A stretch of 64,000 bases of DNA from Bryobacteraceae bacterium. Lineage in GTDB: Bacteria; Acidobacteriota; Terriglobia; Bryobacterales; Bryobacteraceae. This document shows positions 19,103 through 25,632 of the stretch, in pieces. Both the position numbers and the translations under genes were made by a program. The stretch spans positions 53,075-117,074 of the forward strand of contig JBPCOQ010000128.1 in the NCBI GenBank assembly GCA_051000095.1, in the 5' to 3' direction. Position 1 is the stretch's first letter; each line of letters opens with the position of its first letter. The notes under the pieces were generated by a model. It did no database searches. It saw only the letters and a program-made list of their open reading frames with translations, and had not been told where the DNA came from.

Positions 19103-19159
19103 ATGATCTATAGATTAACGCGTTAGCGTTCTTTCGGATGCGATGATTGTTGGAGATCA

Positions 19160-20386
19160 ATGAACTATATAACCCATCTAGAGTGCAGCCTGTGTAGCAA
19201 ACAATTCCCGGCGGCAACCGTGCAGAACCTATGCTCCTGCGGCGGTCCGCTGCTGGTCCGCTACGATCTCGAGAAGACCAGGCAAACCTGGCCGCGGGAT
19301 TCCGTCGCGCGTGGGCCTTCCAGCATGTGGCGGTACGCTCCGGTGCTACCGGTTCGCAACGCGTCCTCCATCGTCACCTTGGGAGAGGGAATGACGCCGC
19401 TCATCAGGACCGATCGGCTTGCAAAGCGCCTCGGGGCGCGCAACCTGTGGGTCAAAGATGAGGGGATCAACCCCACCGGGTCGTTCAAGGCGCGCGGCCT
19501 TTCGTGCGCGATCTCGATGTGCGTCGAGCTTGGCATTCGGAAAGTGGCCATTCCGTCCGCTGGCAACGCGGCGAGCGCCATGGCGGCGTATGCGGCGGCC
19601 GCTGGATTGGAGTCGTTCATTTTCATGCCGCGCGATGTGCCTCAATCGAATTACATCGAGTGCAAGGCTTTCGGAGCAAACGTCACGCTGGTGGACGGAC
19701 TGATCAGCGATTGCGGAAAAATCGTCGCGGAGCGCAAGGACCCCGAAGGATGGTTCGACGTCAGTACCTTGAAAGAGCCTTACCGCATCGAAGGTAAAAA
19801 GACGATGGGCTACGAGGTTGCCGAGCAGTTCGATTGGGAGCTGCCCGATGTGATCTTCTATCCGGCGGGCGGCGGGGTCGGGCTAATCGGGATGTGGAAA
19901 GCGTTCGGCGAGATGGACGCCATGGGCTGGATCTCATCCAAGCGGCCCAAGATGATCGCGGTTCAGGCGGAAGGCTGCCAGCCAGTGGTCCGCGCTTTCG
20001 AGCAAGGAAAAGAGCGCAGTGAGTTCTGGGAAAATGCATACACGATAGCAAGCGGGCTACGGGTCCCGAAGCCACTTGGGGATTTTCTAATCCTCGATGC
20101 AGTTCGAAAAAGTGGCGGAACCGCGATCGCGGTGAGCGACGCCGAGGCGCTGGATTCCGGCGTGGACCTGGCAACGGATGAGGGAATCTTCGCCGCTCCG
20201 GAAGGCGGCGCCTGTATCGCGGCGCTCCGGAAATTGCTGGCAAATGGCTTCCTCAAGGCGGACGAGCGAATCGTGATCTACAACACCGGCGCGGGTCTGA
20301 AGTATCTGGAAGCGTACTCGACCCGCTTCCCCCGGGTAACGGCCTCGGAGCAGGACAAACTGGGCGGCTTGATCACACCAAGATAG
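19160..20386 (+). CDS. thrC: Threonine synthase
   Basis: N-terminal zinc ribbon HLECSLCSK...CSCGG, PLP lysine motif GSFKARG, 408 aa. Confidence 0.88.
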   Translation: MNYITHLECSLCSKQFPAATVQNLCSCGGPLLVRYDLEKTRQTWPRDSVARGPSSMWRYAPVLPVRNASSIVTLGEGMTPLIRTDRLAKRLGARNLWVKDEGINPTGSFKARGLSCAISMCVELGIRKVAIPSAGNAASAMAAYAAAAGLESFIFMPRDVPQSNYIECKAFGANVTLVDGLISDCGKIVAERKDPEGWFDVSTLKEPYRIEGKKTMGYEVAEQFDWELPDVIFYPAGGGVGLIGMWKAFGEMDAMGWISSKRPKMIAVQAEGCQPVVRAFEQGKERSEFWENAYTIASGLRVPKPLGDFLILDAVRKSGGTAIAVSDAEALDSGVDLATDEGIFAAPEGGACIAALRKLLANGFLKADERIVIYNTGAGLKYLEAYSTRFPRVTASEQDKLGGLITPR

Positions 20387-20430
20387 TGGCACAGGCACGA
20401 TCGTGCGCAAGCGCATTCTTGCCTGTGTTG
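20386..20430 (+). repeat. Type A REP-like hairpin with an expanded loop
   Basis: gtggcacaggca-cgatcgtgcgcaagcgcattct-tgcctgtgttg, starting at the last base of the thrC stop codon. Confidence 0.6.
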
Positions 20431-20575
20431 GATTGCGCCAGCCCATGCGCCGTCGCAGACGCGCGAACCGATCGAACGAATGCCCCCGAGCCGAGCTGCT
20501 CACTGACATCCGCCGGCGGCACACATTAGCATTGGGCAGAAGATTTCCCCACCAAAACGGAAGACTGCTACTCCC

Positions 20576-20590
20576 TTTGCTATCCTGATC
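20576..20590 (+). promoter_or_regulatory. Candidate extended -10 promoter (TGcTATCCT) for a leaderless DUF1015 mRNA
   Basis: tttgctatcctgatc. The hexamer TATCCT ends 6 nt before the ATG at 20592. The same 15-mer recurs at 29389 and 29888. Confidence 0.3.
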
Positions 20591-20591
20591 G

Positions 20592-21830
20592 ATGGCCAAC
20601 CTACATCCGTTCCAACCCTACCGTTACAGTTCCAAAGCAGGCCCCCTCGAAACACTGGTCACGCAGCCCTACGACAAGATCTCGCCCGCCATGCAGACCC
20701 GCTATCTTTCGCTCAACCCTCACAACCTGGTGCGCGTGATCTTAGGCGAGCGGTTCCCGTCGGACACGGACCAGAACAACGTGTACACCCGTGCCGCGCA
20801 GTATCTAAACGACTGGATTCGAGACGGAATTTTGGTGCAGGAAGATCGGCCCAGCTTCTATGCCTACTCGCAGGAGTTCACACTCCCGGATAGCGACGAA
20901 AAACTGCGGCGCCAAGGCCTGATCGGCCTGTGTGCCTTGGAGGAATACCAAAAGGGAGTCGTGCATCGTCACGAACAGACACTGACCGGGCCCAAGAAGG
21001 ATCGCACGGAGCTCCTGAACCATACTCGCGCCCATTTTGGGCAAATCTTCATGCTCTATCCCGATCCGGAGCTTGCCGTGGATCGATTGCTGGAACAGGC
21101 AGCGCGCAACGCGCCGTCGGCCACCGTCACCGACGAGTACGGGACGATTCACCGGGTTTGGAAGATTGCGGATTCCAAACTGACCTCGAAGATCCAGCAG
21201 TTGATGTCGGACAAGAAACTGCTGATCGCCGACGGCCACCATCGCTACGAGACGGCGCTCGCTTTCAAGAATGCGAATCCGCGGGTTGCGGACGCCTCGA
21301 AAGTGATGATGACCTTCGTCAACATGCATTCACCCGGCCTCAAGATCCTGGCTACGCACCGGTTAGTGAACGGCCTCGATGGATTCGAAGCCTCGGCATT
21401 CCTCGGCAAGGTGCAGACCCGTCCCTTGGCGTCGATTGAGGAACTCAAGGCGCTGTTCGCGAAACCCGCGCCGGAGAAAGTCAGGATCGGCATTGCAATC
21501 GCCGGATCGCCTCACATCCGCTTGTATGAGCGTAATCGCGGGCCGGGCGAACTGGACATCAAAGTTCTACACGACTATTTACTCGGACAGGTGCTCGGTA
21601 TCGGCGAAGAGGCTGTGCGGGAAGAGAAGCATCTGGAGTACGTGCGCGGCGTGGATGCGGCCTATGACAAAATCCGTAGCGGGTCGGCCCAGATCGGATT
21701 TCTACTTGAGCCAACTACCGTCCAGCAGGTAGCCGACGTGGCATTTTCGGGTGGCGTAATGCCCCAGAAGTCGACCGACTTTTACCCCAAGCTGCTTACC
21801 GGGCTGACAATCTACAAATTAGAGAAGTGA
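20592..21830 (+). CDS. DUF1015 family protein
   Basis: MANLHPFQPYRYS...LVTQPYDKIS...ADGHHRYETAL is a typical DUF1015 pattern. Confidence 0.8.
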   Translation: MANLHPFQPYRYSSKAGPLETLVTQPYDKISPAMQTRYLSLNPHNLVRVILGERFPSDTDQNNVYTRAAQYLNDWIRDGILVQEDRPSFYAYSQEFTLPDSDEKLRRQGLIGLCALEEYQKGVVHRHEQTLTGPKKDRTELLNHTRAHFGQIFMLYPDPELAVDRLLEQAARNAPSATVTDEYGTIHRVWKIADSKLTSKIQQLMSDKKLLIADGHHRYETALAFKNANPRVADASKVMMTFVNMHSPGLKILATHRLVNGLDGFEASAFLGKVQTRPLASIEELKALFAKPAPEKVRIGIAIAGSPHIRLYERNRGPGELDIKVLHDYLLGQVLGIGEEAVREEKHLEYVRGVDAAYDKIRSGSAQIGFLLEPTTVQQVADVAFSGGVMPQKSTDFYPKLLTGLTIYKLEK

Positions 21831-21930
21831 GGCCGGGCATAGCGCGCCACAACCTGCTTGCCACCGTTCGCGAAGCGCTCCCGGCCCAACCCTCCATTAA
21901 GAGAAGCGTCGCCGAGCCGCGATATGCTGA

Positions 21931-22098
21931 ATCTACGTCTCTCAAAATAAGAATGAACATCCCAAGCCGGGTCCCGAGGATCGTGCCCGTGCTAGTATCG
22001 ATCGCCTGCTCGTCAGCGCCGGTTGGTCGATCCAAAATCCCCCTGCCCGGAGGCCGGGCAAAGACTTGAATCAAAACAAAGGACTTGCCATGGCCGCA
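21931..22098 (+). pseudogene. Start-less remnant of the N-terminus of a restriction-type helicase (HsdR/Res-like)
   Basis: The frame opened by the TGA at 21928 reads ...SQNKNEHPKPGPEDRARASIDRLLVSAGWSIQN...KGLAMA. The xE(D)xAR..ID.LL..AGW.(V/I)Q motif is the recalled N-terminal signature of type I/III R subunits. There is no start codon and no downstream helicase. Confidence 0.35.
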
Positions 22099-22612
22099 TC
22101 CTGTGTTTTCGAGGGTGCCGTGAGACGGGTTCCGCCCGCCTCGCCGTCGTCGTGGTGCTGTTGGCTTTGCTGCTGCTCTGCGTTCATCGAATCCTCCCTC
22201 TGCTCCTTGCATTTGAAGATTCAGCCCTGCGCCCCGTAGGGCTACTATGGCTGCTGACTTCTCCATTCCTGTCCCGCTACATTGCTGGCGCGGTAGTCCG
22301 GTGTGAACGGACCAGAACGGAGTTCTCGAGGTAAGACATGCCTTCTTCTTCCGAATGCGTCGGATCTACCCCGCAACGTTCCGAATGACAATCGGGCTTC
22401 CCCACGGCACGTGCGCAAGCGCATCCCTGGCTGGGTGACCCAACGCTGCTTGGCCTTGTATCCGCTTCCTGTAAGTCGCATCTGGGATTTCGTCGTCGGC
22501 TTTCTTCAGATTCCGCCTCGCGGCGGACGCCCTTGCTTAGACGGATGGTTCCGGTCATTAACGGTCCATAGGGAACTTGCACCCCCTGAATGCACATCAC
22601 GACTCGACACAC
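22071..22612 (-). mobile_element. Truncated group II intron (class C-like): domains I-III plus the first ~38 codons of the intron ORF
   Basis: The minus strand starts GTGTG at 22612. It contains ...UAAGCAAGGGCGUCCGCCGCGAGGCGGAAUCUGAAGAAAGCCGACG... and ...GAGAAGUCAGCAGCCAUAGUAGCCCUACGGGGCGCAGGGC..., then GGGAGG-N5-ATG at 22187. No domain V/VI or RT follows. Confidence 0.6.
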
Positions 22613-22634
22613 CAGGCGAAACCGCCTGTTCCAC
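22613..22634 (-). repeat. Type B REP-like hairpin, the apparent insertion target of the intron
   Basis: The minus strand reads GTGGAACAGGCGGTTTCGCCTG, immediately followed by the intron GTGTG. Confidence 0.65.
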
Positions 22635-22705
22635 TATGCTGAGAACCAGTCGCTTCTCGCAAAGTAGAGTGGCATTGGCCACCCATTCGATACGACGACG
22701 CTACA

Positions 22706-23584
22706 ATGGCGTCATATATGCACCGCCTCTTGTTGCATAACGACGACATTGTGGACACCACAGCTCCCTGCGTTTCACCCGGGCAAGTCGGACTGCTGAA
22801 CGGCTGGGGCGTGTTCAGCACCATCCGGGTTTCAAACGGCGCGCTGTTCGTATTCCCGCGGCATTGGGAGCGAATGAAAGCCGACGCGCACAAGCTGCAT
22901 GTTCCGTTTCCGGACGATCCCGAGTGGATGAGCAGCCGGCTGTTGAAGCTCGTCGATGCCAATCGCGCGACCGACGCAACCTTGCGGGTGGCTGTCGTCC
23001 GGAATCGCGGAGGGCTTTTTGAAGCGCCTGGTCAAAGCCGGGCCTTCGACCTGATCGCCTTTACCGCCGATACCGTGGCGTGGCCGCAAGGCGTGCGGTT
23101 AGGGATCAAGCCACAAGCCCGGCACGCGCAATCCGAGTTTGCAGGCACCAAGATTTTATCCTGGGCCTTCAACCTGACCTGGTACGAGGAGGCTCATCAG
23201 AAAGGCTTCGACGAATACCTGCTGCTGAATGAGCGCGGCGAGGTGTGCGAGTGTACCTCGGCGAACATCTTTGCTGTGTACGGGACCGGCGTCTGGACGC
23301 CGCCTCTCGATTCCGGCTGCCTGGGCGGCATCACCCGGGCGATTCTGGTCGAGGAAATTCGCCTCCCCGGAATCGGGATTGGTGAGAAGCCCTTGTTGCC
23401 GGCCGACCTCGCCCGGGCCGATCAGGTCTTTATTACCTCAACCACGCGTGACTTGCTGCCGGTGATTCACATCGAAGGTCTGGATGTGAAGACCGGGTCT
23501 CCGGTCGTGTCTAAACTACAACAGGCGTTTACCGGCTATCGCAGCAGGCTATTAACCCCAGAGTGTACTGTTGGTAATTTGTGA
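22706..23584 (+). CDS. Class IV aminotransferase (BCAT / aminodeoxychorismate lyase-like)
   Basis: GLLNGWGVFSTIR...HWERM...LRVAVVRNRGG...EYLLLNERGEVCECTSANIF is the fold-type IV pattern. An alternative start is MHRLLL at 22718. Confidence 0.75.
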   Translation: MASYMHRLLLHNDDIVDTTAPCVSPGQVGLLNGWGVFSTIRVSNGALFVFPRHWERMKADAHKLHVPFPDDPEWMSSRLLKLVDANRATDATLRVAVVRNRGGLFEAPGQSRAFDLIAFTADTVAWPQGVRLGIKPQARHAQSEFAGTKILSWAFNLTWYEEAHQKGFDEYLLLNERGEVCECTSANIFAVYGTGVWTPPLDSGCLGGITRAILVEEIRLPGIGIGEKPLLPADLARADQVFITSTTRDLLPVIHIEGLDVKTGSPVVSKLQQAFTGYRSRLLTPECTVGNL

Positions 23585-23606
23585 TTCGATCTATAATCGA
23601 GTGACA

Positions 23607-24029
23607 ATGGCTTTTGTTGCCTGCCCCAGTTGCGGCGGGAAGAATGTTCGTACATCCCGAATCCACTCGAGTGTCGAACGGGTTCAGAGCCTGATTGGCA
23701 TCTGCCCGTTCCGCTGCAAGGGTTGCAGCCACCGATTTACCGCGTCCGTTTGGGATCTCAGCACCTGGCGGTTTGCGCGGTGTCCGAAGTGCCTGCGCGC
23801 TGAGCTAAGTACCTGGTCGGAGCAGTACTACAATCCACCGTTCCGGACGGTTTTCCTGCTGCGGATTGGAGCAACGCCTTACCGGTGCGAGGGTTGCCGT
23901 TGTAATTTCGCGAGCTTCCGCGCGTGCAAAGAGCGCTTTTCCTGGAGACGACGGCGCGAGGAGACAGTGGAAGCTCAAGCAGCGGCGGCAGCCCGATCGG
24001 CGAACCCGCAACCCGCAGCCGAGTCATGA
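23607..24029 (+). CDS. Cys-rich protein with two tandem zinc-ribbon-like modules
   Basis: CPSCGG...CPFRCKGC and CPKC...YRCEGC (four CxxC pairs in two similar modules), with a basic/Ala-rich tail. The start was chosen at MAFVACPSCGG. Confidence 0.45.
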   Translation: MAFVACPSCGGKNVRTSRIHSSVERVQSLIGICPFRCKGCSHRFTASVWDLSTWRFARCPKCLRAELSTWSEQYYNPPFRTVFLLRIGATPYRCEGCRCNFASFRACKERFSWRRRREETVEAQAAAAARSANPQPAAES

Positions 24030-24816
24030 GTGTATTGCGGATCGGATAGACCCAAAAAACAAAAATGGTTCCAAGTGACCCGTTGAGCAGTCTGTTCTCC
24101 GACCGGCATGCACGGTCTGAACGTGGCATGCAGCGTAGCCGGGCTTGTTGTCCTTAACTCCCCGTAGCTGTTTTTTGACAGCTACGAATCAGTGCTCAGG
24201 ACTGCATCCGCGGTCTATCTGCTAGAAGCCTGCAACTCGAAACGGCCTTTCGCTCGCCCGCAACGACTGCTCTCTTTCGAAAGCCACCGTGGCGAGGTCA
24301 ATGTTCCCGGCCTATCTCTTCGCTGCGAGCCGAATCTTTCCACCGGCCCGTTCGGCCGCAAACTCCTGCCCTCGTTTCCGGGGACAATCTGCGTTTGCTG
24401 CCCGTTGCCGATTTCCGAACTCGGAACTCCCGGCGTCCTTCTAACTTTCGCTTCCTGTCAGGATCGAGATCCCTTCAGATCATAGCGCTCAGTTAGAGGC
24501 ACACCTGAAAGACTTACCTTTGTGATCAGCCCGATTTCCCTTCGCTCCCCAACTGCTTTACGTTTTCAGGGTTGCTGCCGGATCATCGTTCCAGGTCCGC
24601 TACCGATCACCAGGTTTACTACTCGCTGAACCTCTCGGAACCAGAACCATCATGTACCCAAAGCAAGGTTGCGTCAATTGTTAATTGCACGTAATAGCGC
24701 GATTTCCTCCGTCTTTATTCCCTGTGATTTCATGGTATTAGATCTAGCGTGGTGTGGAATAGGTGTGGATAAAACAGCACATGGGTCATCTGTTTTGTCA
24801 AAAGTACTGTTGTGAT

Positions 24817-25029
24817 TTAATGTTTGTGGTGCTTGAGCGCCTCGCGAATCTTGGCGACATGAGTGCCATGCACACGAATCGCTTCATGCAACTGCTGGCC
24901 GGTAACATGAAGCTCCGCGGCCCAGTAATGGATATCGGAGGCCAGCTTCGGATTGATCTCGTTCGGATCGTGCGGGCCCGTCTTTTTTGGGACTTCCTGC
25001 TCGTCTGGAACTGGTTTTTGGTCTGACAT
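24817..25029 (-). CDS. DUF3606 family protein
   Basis: DPNEINPKLASDIHYWAAELHVTGQQLHEAIRVHGTHVAKIREAL matches the DUF3606 pattern (D..rIn...e.e.rYW...l.vs...L..Av..vG). GAGG RBS. Confidence 0.6.
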   Translation of the reverse strand: MSDQKPVPDEQEVPKKTGPHDPNEINPKLASDIHYWAAELHVTGQQLHEAIRVHGTHVAKIREALKHHKH

Positions 25030-25066
25030 GGTTCCTCTTTCCTGCCCGAAGGCTACTTAGGTGAAT

Positions 25067-25075
25067 ACTATAGCA
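25067..25075 (-). promoter_or_regulatory. Candidate extended -10 promoter (TGcTATAGT) for the DUF3606 gene
   Basis: The minus strand reads aaTGCTATAGTattc, about 40 nt upstream of the ATG at 25029. Confidence 0.3.
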
Positions 25076-25082
25076 TTTGTAC

Positions 25083-25103
25083 AAAAAGCGATAAGGCCAT
25101 CGC
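25083..25103 (-). terminator. Rho-independent terminator of hicBA
   Basis: The minus strand reads GCGAT-GGCCTT-ATCGC-TTTTT, 55 nt after the hicA stop. Confidence 0.55.
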
Positions 25104-25157
25104 TCTTCTGTGCAGGTTGCCCTTTACGCTATCCATCATGCGGCAATGGTGATGCAT

Positions 25158-25355
25158 CTACCACCGCAAGTTCGCGTCCCGCGCGATGCGATTCGCGAGT
25201 CCGGGCTTGAGACCGCGGCTTCCATGGACTGGGAATGCGAGCACTTTGCGCTCGCCAGGCTTGGCATAAATGTGATGACTGCCGGCGATCCTCTGGAGTT
25301 TCCAGCCGTTGGCCACGAGCAAACGGCACATCTCTGGTCCCGTGATGGGCTTCAG
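25158..25355 (-). CDS. hicA: HicA-type toxin (mRNA interferase)
   Basis: (L)KPITGPEMCRLLVANGWKLQRIAGSHHIYAKPGERKVLAFPVHGSRGLKPGLANRIARDANL. The GW...GSHH...P.H motifs are typical. It is absent from the ORF track because the only ATG (25331) gives 57 aa. The full-length alignment needs the CTG at 25355. Confidence 0.7.
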   Translation of the reverse strand: MKPITGPEMCRLLVANGWKLQRIAGSHHIYAKPGERKVLAFPVHGSRGLKPGLANRIARDANLRW

Positions 25356-25359
25356 ACAG

Positions 25360-25560
25360 CTACATCAGAATCTGGATATTCGGCTCTGGCTGGCGACCCT
25401 GCTCCCTTAGAACTTCAAGCACTCCAGCGATCGCCTCGCGCACGTTGTCCCTGAGTTCTGCGACCGATTCTCCTTGTGAATAGCAGCCGGGCAAAGCTGG
25501 CACTTCGGCCCAAAAACCCCCTTCGGGATCTTCGTGAATCACAACGGCATACTTGGTCAC
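25360..25560 (-). CDS. hicB: HicB-type antitoxin (UPF0150 fold)
   Basis: YAVVIHEDPEGGFWAEVPALPGCYSQGESVAELRDNVREAI is the typical HicB N-domain. Confidence 0.75.
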   Translation of the reverse strand: MTKYAVVIHEDPEGGFWAEVPALPGCYSQGESVAELRDNVREAIAGVLEVLREQGRQPEPNIQILM

Positions 25561-25632
25561 GTTCTCATTCTGACATGGAGCGGCGCGGCGGCAAGGTCAA
25601 ATCTGAGCGCTGGTTAGCGGCGATCGCGTTTA

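Noticed and set aside
21796-22740. ORFs 21796..22266(-), 22277..22612(-) and 22303..22740(+) as protein genes.
   Set aside because: There is no protein-like composition or motifs. The region is better explained as group II intron RNA plus a restriction-gene relic.
24669-24697. A plus-strand sigma70-like promoter TTGCGT-N17-TAATAG.
   Set aside because: It would drive transcription antisense into the DUF3606/hicBA genes with no plus-strand gene downstream. In an AT-rich patch such hexamers arise by chance.
24130-24816. RNase P RNA, tmRNA, SRP RNA or a second group II intron in the ORF-free region.
   Set aside because: The universal cores are absent: GGAAAGUCCGG and ACAGAA.CCGGCUUA for RNase P, a tRNA-like 3' end and tag ORF for tmRNA, and GGUCCGGAAGGAAGCAGC for SRP. 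The group II-like fragments have the wrong spacing. The region is kept only as an unclassified candidate.
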